55,140 nucleotides of DNA from a virus. Taxonomy: Duplodnaviria > Caudoviricetes. A program made the translations under genes and the position numbers. The DNA is taken from IMG/VR virus record IMGVR_UViG_3300032281_000128, positions 1-55,140 of that record. The stretch is one strand, 5' to 3'. Numbering within the stretch: the first letter of the stretch is position 1; each line of letters starts with the position of its first letter. Of the stretch, positions 27,608-37,229 are shown piece after piece. Under the pieces are notes generated by a model that had not been told where the DNA came from, did not search any database, and was given only the letters and a program-made list of their open reading frames with translations.

Positions 27608-29743
27608 ATGTCTAAACCTAAACAAGATGTAGGTGTCGTACGTAACACGACCCGCGCTCTCCTAGGTCAAGGTCTGGGGATGGGTTGGGGTGACGAAGCC
27701 GAAGCATGGCTTCGTTCCAAGCTACCCGGCGGAAAAACCTACAAGCAAGAAAAAGCTAAGATTGACCAAGACTACGCACGTTATGCGCGTAAACATAGCG
27801 TGTTGGCTCCGGTTGCTGAATTCACTGGTGGTGTCTTACCGACCGTAGCTGCCGTTATTGGTACTGGGTTTACTGGGGGTGCGGGTGCTCCCGCTGCCGC
27901 AGCTACTGGTGCGCGCACATTGGGTGCTCTGAGTCGACTGGCGACTAACCCTTATGTTCGCGGCGCAGTTACTGGCGCTGTCACTGGGGGTATTAGTGGA
28001 GCAGGTGCTGCTAAAGAAGGTGAACGCGTACAAGGTGGGACAACAGGCGCTATAATCGGAACAGGCGCGGGTGTAGGACTTCCTGTAGTCATGCGTACGG
28101 GTCGTGCCGGTAGCCAATGGTTGCGGAGTCGACTCGCTTCGGGTGAAGGAGCAGTAGACTCTCAAGCGGCTCAAAAGGTTAATCGCGCCCTACAGCAACA
28201 AAATATGACACCACAGCAAGCAGCCCAAAAGGTAGCTGAAGATAAAGCGATGGGTGTCCCTTCAACACTAGCTAACACCGGTAAGCGCACAGTAGCACTG
28301 ACTGAGGTTCTTGCTCAGCGCCCCGGTACAGCTCCAGAGATCGTCGAGAATGCCTTGGAGGGTCAACGTCTAGGCGCTCGTGAGCGAACTTACGGTCAAG
28401 TGCGTCAGGCCATCTCTCCGGGAGATTTCTACGGCGAAGAGACCAAGCTGGTTGAACAGTTGCGTCGTCAGGCAGACACCCTATACGATAAGGCTTATGA
28501 ATTCGGCGCGGTTAACGACGGTCGTATTCAAGATGTTCTCCAGCATCCACGCTTCCAAGGCTTTTATAACAAGGCTCGTGAGATCGCGGATACCGAAGCG
28601 ATGTCAGCTCGTCTGCGCGGTGAAGACCCTAGTAAGTTCCAGCTGGCAGAGATCTATACTGTTGACCCCAACGGCGTAGCTACGCTCACTAAGGTGCCGG
28701 ATGTCCGCACCCTTGACTACATCAAGCGTGGTATTGACGCTACGATTGATGCAGGTTTCCGTGGACAAGGTATGAGCACGGCTGAGGCCAACGCTCTCAA
28801 GGATCTGCGCAAGGTGTTCGTCAACACGATTGATGAAGCTACCGGCGGCGTAGACTCCCCTTATTTCAAAGCTCGTCAGGTTTACTCTGGCGACATGGAA
28901 GTCCTTGATGCGATGCGTAAGGGTATGGATGACTTTAACAAGCTCGATCATGAAGAAATCATCAAGCTCGTCAAGGACATGACGCCGACTGAGAAGGAAG
29001 CATTCCGCACTGGTGCGGTTCGCAATATCTACGGTCGCATTATGTCTCCGTCACAGAACATCAATGCTGCCCAACGGGTGATCGGTGCTCCAGAAATGCA
29101 AGCTAAGTTGCAGCCGTTGTTTGACAGCCCTGAGAAATTTGATCTGTTTAAGGCGGCGCTTGAACGTGAGAGCCAGTTGTTCCAACAGTCCAACCAGATC
29201 TTGGGTAACTCAGCTACTTTCCGTCGTCAAGCGGCTAATGCTGAGTTTAACGAAAACGACACCGGGGCTTTTGTTGGTGACATGATCAGCGGTGGCGGGT
29301 TCTTCAACTCAATCACCAACGCGGCTGCTCGCCTTGCACGCAGTGCTCAGATGAGCGATGAAGTCGCCGGCAAGACTGCTAAGTTGCTCATGTCTAGCGA
29401 CCCGGCTGATGTCGCAGCGGCTGTCAAGCTGCTTGAAGATGAAGCAGCTAAAGCTATTCCGCGTGAAGTCAATTTCTTAGCTGGGGAGCTGGGTGCAATC
29501 ACGGGAACCTCGGCCGCATTCCCATCACCACCGATGGATGAAAGCGCACCAGTTGCTAATATCGAGCAGGACCTTTCGGCTGAAAACGCTGCGGGTTCTA
29601 ACATGTCTGGCCCGAGTATCGAAGCAGACATACAAGCGATGTCTAAGAATGTTCCGGGACCAACTATGTCTTCACCAGCACCGGCGGAAGAAGAACCAGA
29701 GATGTCTCAAATTGAAAAAGACATCATGGCGATGGGTATGTAA
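27608..29743 (+). CDS. Large internal virion/ejection protein
   Basis: GQGLGMGWGDEAEA N-terminal motif; Gly zipper; LYDKAY and LDYIKRGID motifs; last gene of the structural arm. Confidence 0.65.
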   Translation: MSKPKQDVGVVRNTTRALLGQGLGMGWGDEAEAWLRSKLPGGKTYKQEKAKIDQDYARYARKHSVLAPVAEFTGGVLPTVAAVIGTGFTGGAGAPAAAATGARTLGALSRLATNPYVRGAVTGAVTGGISGAGAAKEGERVQGGTTGAIIGTGAGVGLPVVMRTGRAGSQWLRSRLASGEGAVDSQAAQKVNRALQQQNMTPQQAAQKVAEDKAMGVPSTLANTGKRTVALTEVLAQRPGTAPEIVENALEGQRLGARERTYGQVRQAISPGDFYGEETKLVEQLRRQADTLYDKAYEFGAVNDGRIQDVLQHPRFQGFYNKAREIADTEAMSARLRGEDPSKFQLAEIYTVDPNGVATLTKVPDVRTLDYIKRGIDATIDAGFRGQGMSTAEANALKDLRKVFVNTIDEATGGVDSPYFKARQVYSGDMEVLDAMRKGMDDFNKLDHEEIIKLVKDMTPTEKEAFRTGAVRNIYGRIMSPSQNINAAQRVIGAPEMQAKLQPLFDSPEKFDLFKAALERESQLFQQSNQILGNSATFRRQAANAEFNENDTGAFVGDMISGGGFFNSITNAAARLARSAQMSDEVAGKTAKLLMSSDPADVAAAVKLLEDEAAKAIPREVNFLAGELGAITGTSAAFPSPPMDESAPVANIEQDLSAENAAGSNMSGPSIEADIQAMSKNVPGPTMSSPAPAEEEPEMSQIEKDIMAMGM

Positions 29744-29750
29744 TAAATCA

Positions 29751-29776
29751 ACACCCCGGCCTACTGGTCGGGGTGT
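29751..29776. terminator. Hairpin at the convergence of the two transcription arms (likely bidirectional terminator)
   Basis: ACACCCCGGCC-TACT-GGTCGGGGTGT. Confidence 0.6.
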
Positions 29777-29976
29777 TCTGGTTTCTCCATCATTACAAGG
29801 TTACGACGCTTGAGCATTATACGTAAATGTCCGGCGGCGTCGTTGTCACCTTCTTTTTCAGCCTGAGCTATGGCCCGGTAAAAGACCGATTGCGGTTTTG
29901 ACCATTGCAATCCCGGACCCAGAAGCTCGTACACACGTTGCCAGCAGTTATCAGTTCTACGGGGCTTAAGCCCCAC
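29761..29976 (-). CDS. Hypothetical protein
   Basis: Last of a chain of translationally coupled - strand ORFs. Confidence 0.5.
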   Translation of the reverse strand: MGLKPRRTDNCWQRVYELLGPGLQWSKPQSVFYRAIAQAEKEGDNDAAGHLRIMLKRRNLVMMEKPEHPDQ

Positions 29977-30158
29977 TAACGGGCCTCGTCGTAAAACTGC
30001 TGCAACACCTCAGCCAGTTGGTCAGTAGGGAACTCCGCACCCTGACCGCTTTCTACTTCACCAATCCAAACTGTTCCTTGGTTCGGCACTTGACCGGGCG
30101 CAATAAACAAACCGCCGATCTGTATGTGCCAAGGGCACATAGGTTTAAATTTCTCCAT
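29976..30158 (-). CDS. Hypothetical protein
   Basis: Stop/start coupled with its neighbours. Confidence 0.55.
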   Translation of the reverse strand: MEKFKPMCPWHIQIGGLFIAPGQVPNQGTVWIGEVESGQGAEFPTDQLAEVLQQFYDEAR

Positions 30159-30412
30159 CAGTAATCCTCCGGGTCTAAGTCTTCAACTATTAGATCTAAT
30201 AGTTCTGAATGGTCTTTAGGCTTCATCTTATTCTCAAGCCACTTTGCGCGATAACCGCGACGATCATACAATTCGTATTCTATGTCGTCCCAGTAACCAT
30301 AGTAATCCAAGTCACTTGAGCAGTCGTAAGGGTTACTGCTCTGCGGTTTATAATATCTAGCGCGAGTTACCTCCACCTGACAAGGTATACCGCACACCCT
30401 AGCGTCAATCAT
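30158..30412 (-). CDS. Conserved phage hypothetical protein
   Basis: RVCGIPC...SDLDYYGY...YDRRGYRAKWLENK. Confidence 0.65.
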   Translation of the reverse strand: MIDARVCGIPCQVEVTRARYYKPQSSNPYDCSSDLDYYGYWDDIEYELYDRRGYRAKWLENKMKPKDHSELLDLIVEDLDPEDY

Positions 30413-30413
30413 A

Positions 30414-30890
30414 TTACCCTCCCTTCGTTTCGTGTAACCACCGGGCCATCAGTAAAGCCTCTGCCCGGTCAGAATGTTTCTTCAAGTTGAGCGGCGCATC
30501 CGGAAACATGCGGATAGCTAGAGCACGGCTCATCTCTTTATCACTGGTCAGCTTGAAATGCTTCTTCCACTGAGTTGGAGCGATGTAAGTCATTTCAAAC
30601 CGGCAAGCGGCGATTGCTGAACGAGCACACCCAAAGCTGTCACCCAGACTAAACACAGATGACACACCCTGACCGGGCATAGCATTCACCCGCTCAAGCA
30701 CAACCATAACGTATTCATCCGCAGGAGCATAGTTACGCAGTATCTTGATCAACCCCGACGGGTCGACCTCGTTCTTAACGCTGCCCGACCCTTTAGAAAC
30801 AACCGGCATGTCAACAACGTCAACATACCGACCTTCGTTCAAGATACCAATAGCCCCAGACAGGCCGGGGTCAACTCCGATGGTGATCAT
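30414..30890 (-). CDS. ruvC: RuvC-like Holliday junction resolvase
   Basis: IGVDPGLSGAI...VVLERV...PTQWKK...DRAEALL catalytic pattern. Confidence 0.85.
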   Translation of the reverse strand: MITIGVDPGLSGAIGILNEGRYVDVVDMPVVSKGSGSVKNEVDPSGLIKILRNYAPADEYVMVVLERVNAMPGQGVSSVFSLGDSFGCARSAIAACRFEMTYIAPTQWKKHFKLTSDKEMSRALAIRMFPDAPLNLKKHSDRAEALLMARWLHETKGG

Positions 30891-31081
30891 ACGCCTTTAA
30901 GCTCCAACACCTTAACGTTCGGATTACTGGTGAGCCATTGGTTATCCCATTCCCCGGCCAATCGCAAAAACCCTTTACCGTATGGAATGTATTTATGCTC
31001 GGCACGAGAATAAACATCTACTTCACGGTATACACCGTTACGAGCACGTAGAAACGCTTTAGCTCCATCAATCTTAATCAT
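30887..31081 (-). CDS. Hypothetical protein (start uncertain)
   Basis: Fills the gap between the exonuclease and ruvC. Confidence 0.5.
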   Translation of the reverse strand: MIKIDGAKAFLRARNGVYREVDVYSRAEHKYIPYGKGFLRLAGEWDNQWLTSNPNVKVLELKGV

Positions 31082-31917
31082 AAAGGGCTCCAATGTTTGC
31101 AGCCGAGCTTCTGCTCAGCCATGCTTAGGGTCATCTTGCTCAAGTCGCAAAGCCACATACCGTCTTCAACCGGTATACACATTTCACACGTGCGGCAATG
31201 TTTAAGCGGCTGCACCTCGCGGACGCATACCGACCTCATGTCGCACCACTTACAACCGAAGCTACCACCATCGTCGCTGATACCGGCTGGACGCAGTCGC
31301 GCCTCTACCAGACTCTTGATTTTGGCGAACAACTTGTTCTGCTCAGTCTTGTCTTCTTTGATACGTACGACCTCTAGCTGCTCGTCGTTCTTGTTGAGAG
31401 CAACATAAATAGTCCGACGTAACTTAGACAGCGCCATCGTGATCTGAACCTGAGCATAGTGAAGAGGCTTCGACTCACGAACACCCTTCTTTAATAGGGC
31501 TTTGAAGCTGTCGTTATTATGCGTCTTGATTTCAAGCGCATGACCCTGAGACTCACGAGCAGGTACACCCTTAATAACACCATCCATCTTGGTTATGAAG
31601 TGACCAGTCTCGTCAGTGAACTCAAACTGTTTACCGTCGTCACGCTCGCTCCAAACACTGAACCCGGCGTCCCGCAGGTCTTTGACGACACGCTCTTCCT
31701 GCCAGTGACCGGTGCCAAACAGTCTCAACATGCGACCACTGAACTTACCGCGAGCGAACCCACGCCAGTCAAGCCATATCCTCCGAGTGCACTCTTCACC
31801 GATGAACGATGACCCAAGCCGACCCAAGTATATATCTGACTTCTCATCATTCTTCTCATAGGCCCGATAAATACGGTCTACGATCTCTTGTTCAATAGGT
31901 GGTGGTATAGCGACCAT
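31078..31917 (-). CDS. Cas4-like PD-(D/E)xK exonuclease with Cys cluster
   Basis: LGSSFIGEECTRRIW...GHWQE...MDG...LEIKT...HYAQVQ; C-terminal CKWC...C and CRTC; GGAG SD before 31917. Confidence 0.8.
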   Translation of the reverse strand: MVAIPPPIEQEIVDRIYRAYEKNDEKSDIYLGRLGSSFIGEECTRRIWLDWRGFARGKFSGRMLRLFGTGHWQEERVVKDLRDAGFSVWSERDDGKQFEFTDETGHFITKMDGVIKGVPARESQGHALEIKTHNNDSFKALLKKGVRESKPLHYAQVQITMALSKLRRTIYVALNKNDEQLEVVRIKEDKTEQNKLFAKIKSLVEARLRPAGISDDGGSFGCKWCDMRSVCVREVQPLKHCRTCEMCIPVEDGMWLCDLSKMTLSMAEQKLGCKHWSPL

Positions 31918-31930
31918 AAATATCTCCAGT

Positions 31931-31963
31931 AAAAGGGGGAGTGAGCCCAACCCCACTCCCTCC
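31931..31963 (-). terminator. Terminator after the SSB gene
   Basis: - strand GGGAGTGGG/CTCACTCCC stem followed by CCTTTT. Confidence 0.55.
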
Positions 31964-31970
31964 AATCATC

Positions 31971-32456
31971 TTAGTCCCAAGGGTTAGAACCAGATGACGC
32001 TGCGGGCTTTTCAGCCGGAGCAGCTTTACTTTCTTTCGGAGACGCTGAGGGAGATGGCACGTCACCGAAAAGAAACTGCTTGATAGTGTTACTATCTTTG
32101 TAACCACCAGTACCCTTCTGGATGCCGACGATTGCGTTGAACCGCTTGTCGAGGAGCTTGTCAGTGTCGTTAGCGTCAGGCTTACCACAAGCCGTTGCCC
32201 AAGCTACGAGCTGTTGGCGACCAATACGCTGAGCAGCCTCGCTCTTATTGACGATGTTAAAGTTCATCCAAACCCAACGACCGTCGTGCTTACCACCAAT
32301 GACCTCAAACTTAGCGACAATCATCTCACCGCCGGTAGAAGTCTCTTTCTCTTCGGCGTCAATCGCCTTCATAGTATACTCACCTTCCGGCAGCAACTCG
32401 TACGACGGACCGTCATTAACGTCGACTTCCGACGTGTCAAAACCAAACTTAGCCAT
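31971..32456 (-). CDS. Single-stranded DNA-binding protein (DUF669-like)
   Basis: LLPEGEY...GRWVWMNFNI...C-terminal NPWD; adjacent to Sak4. Confidence 0.75.
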   Translation of the reverse strand: MAKFGFDTSEVDVNDGPSYELLPEGEYTMKAIDAEEKETSTGGEMIVAKFEVIGGKHDGRWVWMNFNIVNKSEAAQRIGRQQLVAWATACGKPDANDTDKLLDKRFNAIVGIQKGTGGYKDSNTIKQFLFGDVPSPSASPKESKAAPAEKPAASSGSNPWD

Positions 32457-32467
32457 ATTATTTCTCC

Positions 32468-33208
32468 TTACTTAGCGATGGGAATGAGTTTTTCGAGATT
32501 CTCTATAGTCATCTCGATTTCTTCTGGGCAGCTGTAGCGGTTTTTAGCCGCGTATGCTGGGTTCTCAACAAAGTGAAGCAGACGCTCACCCGTAGTAACA
32601 CCACGAGTCTTGTCCTTATTGAAGCCAGCATCAGACTTCTTGATGATGACCTTAAACGCAGCGAACGCAAGCACATCAGCCCACTCTTGCAGCAATGCGT
32701 TACAGCGGTTAGGCAGCTTGGGCTGATAGCGGTCATACGGTTCAGTGCGAGGGTCTTCAAACTTGACCACAGCAGCGTGAGCGATAAGGATAACGTTCAT
32801 ACCACGCTTGGTACGCAGCACGTCCAAACCCTGCAAGATCTCACGGAACTCTTCCGCGACCATCATCTGACCTTTACCATACGCCAAGTCCTTAGCGTCG
32901 TGGTTTGCTTCAACATTACCGACGATCAACGGCTCTACCAACCAGTCAACAGAGTCAATGACTACGGTCTTGAAGTCGTGATCTTCTTTGATCAACGTTT
33001 TAATGCTACCCACAACGTCGTTGAGGTGCATTGCGCGGGGGAAGCTAGTTACGTCAAGCGAGTCCAGACCATCTTCAGTACTGATGAAAATAGGGTTAGG
33101 GAACTTACTCGCAAGCGTTGACTTGCCGATACCGTGCCCACCATAAATGACGAGCCGAGGTGGAACCTCCTGCTTACCGCGACGCAATGTATTTTGCCAA
33201 TCTGACAT
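32468..33208 (-). CDS. Sak4-like AAA ATPase (single-strand annealing recombinase)
   Basis: YGGHGIGKST, TEDG, VIDSVDW, YGKG, ILIAH and AKNR motifs. Confidence 0.85.
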   Translation of the reverse strand: MSDWQNTLRRGKQEVPPRLVIYGGHGIGKSTLASKFPNPIFISTEDGLDSLDVTSFPRAMHLNDVVGSIKTLIKEDHDFKTVVIDSVDWLVEPLIVGNVEANHDAKDLAYGKGQMMVAEEFREILQGLDVLRTKRGMNVILIAHAAVVKFEDPRTEPYDRYQPKLPNRCNALLQEWADVLAFAAFKVIIKKSDAGFNKDKTRGVTTGERLLHFVENPAYAAKNRYSCPEEIEMTIENLEKLIPIAK

Positions 33209-33228
33209 TATATTTCCTTTCTAAGTTA

Positions 33229-33579
33229 TCAATCTTCATAATCAACACTGTCAAACAATTCCATTTGACCGAAGTCCCACCTCTGCGGTGCGTACTGGAA
33301 GCTATCACGATCCCAGCTTAGAATGTTGACCACTTCTTCTTGCTCACTGACTACAGACATGCAGACAGCGCACAATGCCGGATCACCGATCATCAAAAGG
33401 TGATCTCCGGGTTTCCAATCAGACAACACGCGTCGAGCACGGGAAAGCATACTGCCCGTGTCATACGGCCTACGCGGTCGACTGAACACAGCTTGTAGTG
33501 ACCCGTAACGCTTGGCGTCTGACAAGTCTTTGGTGTTGTCGACTTGAACAACGAACACCGTGTTATCTTCATTTTCCAT
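33229..33579 (-). CDS. Conserved phage hypothetical protein (alpha/beta)
   Basis: DLSDAKRYG...DHLLMIGDPAL...LSWDR. Confidence 0.65.
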   Translation of the reverse strand: MENEDNTVFVVQVDNTKDLSDAKRYGSLQAVFSRPRRPYDTGSMLSRARRVLSDWKPGDHLLMIGDPALCAVCMSVVSEQEEVVNILSWDRDSFQYAPQRWDFGQMELFDSVDYED

Positions 33580-35407
33580 TTTTACTCTTCCTTGTTTTCT
33601 TTGGCGGTGGGGCTATTAATGCTAACTCCTCCTCAGTTAAATATTTTGAACAACCCACAGATACCGCAATCTTAATAGCCTCTTTACGATACCAGTCATA
33701 GTCTAAATCCGGCGGATGTTTCACTTTATCGGGTAGTGTCATGCATGCACGAGCACCATCCGTCTTGGGAACCTTGTTTCCGTTCTTGACGTAAAGGATA
33801 GGTTCAAGCGCAGAGTCGTTTGACTGATACCACCTTACAACCTTACCCAGATACTCACCCATCTGCTGCCCACCACCCGTCACGTTACGGGCAGAGATGA
33901 AATCACAGAACGGAGCGGCGCTGATAGTCTGCTGGAAGGGAACACCATTAGCTAACCACTGACCCACCGCATCGGCACAAACCTGAGCTGTCGGGTTCTT
34001 ACGTAACGACAGCGGTGAGTATATACCTTTAGCCTTCAACTTGCGGTCAGGCTTGATCGCCATGTAGTTATTGACATCCTTCATAGCTAACACCCGATAA
34101 GGGGTGAACTCAAACACGAACCGCGAAACCTCGCTGAACTTGCTAACAACCTTCTGAACAGTCTCCTCAAGGCTCTTAGGATACTTTATCGCTATACCGT
34201 CGGTGTTGGCACTAAGCGTCACAGCCCCAGCTCGCTCAAGCCACTCTATGAGCATGAGAAGCGTAAACTGCCCGGTCAGTGTCACCGCCAACATAAGGTC
34301 AGGTGAGTAGAGGACAGAATACTTGCTCGCCAACTTACCGAATGTACCATTGAGCGAGATCTTGAGGGTAGCGTCAGTGATCTTATCTCCGCTACGCTTT
34401 GCCTCAAGGCGTCGTTCATAGATCTTTCGATACTCTTCAACAAACTGCAACCCAAGAGCTTGGGGGACGAACCCGCACTCAAGGATGATGCTTGGGTAGA
34501 AGCTGGCTGCGTCAATGTCGCAGATGACTTCGTCCCCGGCGGTGTGGCAAACCTTCTTGTCATGCGTACTGTGGATACCTCCAACACCTAACTGATATTC
34601 ACCAGTACCGAACTTAACAGTCTGAGCACCTAAAAAGTCAGGCAACACTACGTGACCCGTATACGGGTTCATACTGAACGTATGGTTACGAACACGGTCA
34701 AGTAAGCCTTGTAGGTCAGCATCCATGAACTTGAGGAAGCTGGGCGCATCATACCTGACCGTCTGCGGGATAATGTTATCCTTACGCTTGAGACCCATGC
34801 TACTGATGTATGCCTGTTCAGCCATCTGAGAGTCTGACTTGCTGCGCATGTCAACTCCGTAACGACGGCTCATTTCAACCCGCAGCAACAACTCGCCTTC
34901 TAGCTGATTAAGAAGTTCTTCAGTTGTGTCTACGTCGTTGTGGCAATACTCCAGTAGCATGGGCTCTTGCTCGACTGAAATAACAGCGTCATGAGCGATG
35001 GGCATATCCTGCAGCTTCGGCATGTGCATGCGTGCGCCGTAGGCTTTAAGCCCAACGAATGACGGTGTCACCTCAATCAAATCAATATGGTCAGGTATCA
35101 CCTGATTGAGCCGATACTTCTTCATAGCGGCCCAAGGTGACAGTCGATTATCAATCAAGTCATTAGCGATGCGCTTGATCTCAGCTTCCGTACGACCAGC
35201 GCAGAAAGCTGACACCACTAAAGCGTCAAAGTAATTGCTGTTGAAGCCTACGAACGTAGTATCCCCTTGCGTTATAAAACGCTTGAGCTTACCCGCAGCG
35301 TCGTCTTCATGACGCCACAAGTCGAACCATTCGCCGGTGTCTACGTTTTTAGCGCAGAACAACGTGCGATTTGGCATCGTTTCAGTATCGTAAACCCAAG
35401 TTGACAT
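33569..35407 (-). CDS. DNA polymerase, family B-like, with 3'-5' exonuclease
   Basis: Exo motifs YDTE, GFNSNYFD, YCHND; Pol motifs DAASFYPS, KISLNGTFGK, NTDG. Confidence 0.9.
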   Translation of the reverse strand: MSTWVYDTETMPNRTLFCAKNVDTGEWFDLWRHEDDAAGKLKRFITQGDTTFVGFNSNYFDALVVSAFCAGRTEAEIKRIANDLIDNRLSPWAAMKKYRLNQVIPDHIDLIEVTPSFVGLKAYGARMHMPKLQDMPIAHDAVISVEQEPMLLEYCHNDVDTTEELLNQLEGELLLRVEMSRRYGVDMRSKSDSQMAEQAYISSMGLKRKDNIIPQTVRYDAPSFLKFMDADLQGLLDRVRNHTFSMNPYTGHVVLPDFLGAQTVKFGTGEYQLGVGGIHSTHDKKVCHTAGDEVICDIDAASFYPSIILECGFVPQALGLQFVEEYRKIYERRLEAKRSGDKITDATLKISLNGTFGKLASKYSVLYSPDLMLAVTLTGQFTLLMLIEWLERAGAVTLSANTDGIAIKYPKSLEETVQKVVSKFSEVSRFVFEFTPYRVLAMKDVNNYMAIKPDRKLKAKGIYSPLSLRKNPTAQVCADAVGQWLANGVPFQQTISAAPFCDFISARNVTGGGQQMGEYLGKVVRWYQSNDSALEPILYVKNGNKVPKTDGARACMTLPDKVKHPPDLDYDWYRKEAIKIAVSVGCSKYLTEEELALIAPPPKKTRKSKNGK

Positions 35408-35676
35408 TACGTGTTAACCGCGTATCCTGTAAAACTCGCACTCTTAGGAACCTCAAGGTATTGACCTTGAGCAGACTCAAGCTCTATAAGCTTATCAAGG
35501 AAGTGCTTGGCCTTCTCAAGATCTTGAAGACCGTTCTTCTCGTGGTAACGCTCAACATACTTAGTGATGCAACCTACAAAGTAACCACGACCATAGAGCC
35601 GCCACTGACGGTCCCAATGTTCCTCGCCACCTTTCTTGTAGTGGTCACCACCAATCTGACGGTCATTAGCGCTCAT
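35407..35676 (-). CDS. DUF3310 (SaV-like) protein
   Basis: QIGGDHYK...KYVERYHEKNGLQDLEKAKHFL. Confidence 0.8.
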   Translation of the reverse strand: MSANDRQIGGDHYKKGGEEHWDRQWRLYGRGYFVGCITKYVERYHEKNGLQDLEKAKHFLDKLIELESAQGQYLEVPKSASFTGYAVNT

Positions 35677-36160
35677 TTGCGATCTCCCTGATAGCGTTGA
35701 AAAGATGTTCTTCACGACCTTCAAGACCTTTTTCCGAAGCATAAATAATATACCGCGTAAAAACCGGGATGAGGCGTTTGTTACCTAATTGAATTTCACG
35801 AGCGCAGAATAACGCACCCTGAGCAATGTCAGCGAGCTTGAGTATACGTGCTTCTTCATCAGTGAGTTTCGGATTCTCAATACCGGCGTCTTCAATTATA
35901 GCTAGTTCAAGTTTATCAAGATGCTTACCTAAGCCGGACTGACGTTTAGTCGGTGAAGGTATATCACCCACAACCTGCTCTGCTAAGTCATGATACAACG
36001 CAGCTTTAAGCAGAGAAGCGGAAGCGTCAGGCTTCATCATGAGAACCATCATAGCAACACCGTGCGAATGGTGTCCCACAGTCTCGTTGTTGAAGGTGAA
36101 CACCGTATGGTAGCGAATTACCTCGGCACCAGTGGCTATAAATTGTATAGTGTCTTTCAT
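35666..36160 (-). CDS. HD-domain deoxynucleotide phosphohydrolase (YfbR/DatZ fold)
   Basis: RYH...ETVGHHS...ALYHDLAE...GDIPSPTK...KLAD. Confidence 0.85.
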   Translation of the reverse strand: MKDTIQFIATGAEVIRYHTVFTFNNETVGHHSHGVAMMVLMMKPDASASLLKAALYHDLAEQVVGDIPSPTKRQSGLGKHLDKLELAIIEDAGIENPKLTDEEARILKLADIAQGALFCAREIQLGNKRLIPVFTRYIIYASEKGLEGREEHLFNAIREIANER

Positions 36161-36193
36161 AATTCAAATCTCCAGTTAGCAGTTATACCTGAT

Positions 36194-36222
36194 ACTATAG
36201 GCGTGTATTTTTGAACAGGCAA
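36194..36222 (-). promoter_or_regulatory. Sigma70-like promoter TTGCCT-N17-TATAGT for the HD/polymerase operon
   Basis: Intergenic; followed by the TAACTGGAG leader. Confidence 0.6.
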
Positions 36223-36230
36223 CCCCCATT

Positions 36231-37226
36231 TTAACCCCCGCGTTTCATTTTGTTGATCTCACGCTGCTCGACCCAGGTATTCGTAGCTACGCACCAATCT
36301 GCCGCAGCGATTTGAGCAACCCAGTCAAAACCATCGCTCAGCTTGTTACGACGTGAGTGTATCACGTTAGCCATAGGTACAGCGACCTCGTTAAAGAACG
36401 AATGGTGGTAGCTCAATGGGGTGAACGGGTTCTCACAGAACCGACAGCAATCGTACAAGAATGTCTCCCAGTCACCGTCTTCCATAATCGGGTAAGGTTC
36501 AACACCACGAGCACCATATTCATAACCGTCACTATAAGCCGGTGGGTTGGTCAGGTAATCACCCACATCGTACAAATCAGTATATAGGTGGAGATTGTGA
36601 CTGACTTGGCGATAGTGACCGAGCGGAGCACCCAGAGCACTGGCTACGAACTCCTGCAAGAAACTGAAATGCACCGCGTTAGCGCCGTAAGCACCCCACC
36701 AGATATCGTTGCTCCTGTTATAAACAGTCATGTTCAGCTTACCATGGCGCAAGTCAAAGATGATCTGCGTATTGCAAGCCTTGTCCTTGGTGTTCTTCTT
36801 TAGGTCAGCCGAGTCCCATATCTGCACCACGGCCTGACGACTAGACGGGTCAGCTTGCAGGGTCTTGATGACAGCGCGGATCTGATCAAAGCCGAAATGA
36901 TGCCGCCAGCGATACCCGTATGCCGCATTGAACGTAACACCATCATCACTAAAGTTCACCATGTTCTTGTTGAACTGAGTGAGGAAGGCGACGTCGTTAC
37001 GACCGGCCATCATCCAAATAGACTCCATCAAGTGGAACACAGGGTTGCAGTCACGCTTGCGATTGAACAGGACACGCTCATTAGGGTGGGTGTAAATAGT
37101 CGTCACCGGCTCAGGCATCACATACGCTGGGCCATTACGGGTCTGCTCAGGCTCAAGGTTCATAGCCTTCATATTCCAGAAGATGTCGCTAAATGCCTCA
37201 TTAACGTTGCGAACTTTAATTTCCAT
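36231..37226 (-). CDS. Thymidylate synthase homologue, probable dUMP hydroxymethylase
   Basis: TRNG, YGYRW, SRQAV, catalytic C (ACNT), RSNDIWWGAYGAN (Asn indicates dUMP specificity) and NLHLY; context of hypermodification genes. Confidence 0.85.
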   Translation of the reverse strand: MEIKVRNVNEAFSDIFWNMKAMNLEPEQTRNGPAYVMPEPVTTIYTHPNERVLFNRKRDCNPVFHLMESIWMMAGRNDVAFLTQFNKNMVNFSDDGVTFNAAYGYRWRHHFGFDQIRAVIKTLQADPSSRQAVVQIWDSADLKKNTKDKACNTQIIFDLRHGKLNMTVYNRSNDIWWGAYGANAVHFSFLQEFVASALGAPLGHYRQVSHNLHLYTDLYDVGDYLTNPPAYSDGYEYGARGVEPYPIMEDGDWETFLYDCCRFCENPFTPLSYHHSFFNEVAVPMANVIHSRRNKLSDGFDWVAQIAAADWCVATNTWVEQREINKMKRGG

Positions 37227-37229
37227 GTC

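Noticed and set aside
35666-36160. Z-genome (2-aminoadenine) system suggested by a DatZ-like HD enzyme
   Set aside because: No PurZ/adenylosuccinate synthetase homologue seen; neighbours are thymine-modification genes
36231-37226. Ordinary ThyA or a dCMP hydroxymethylase
   Set aside because: Asn rather than Asp at the specificity position argues against dCMP; coupling to 5hmdU kinase and transferase genes argues against plain ThyA (not proven)
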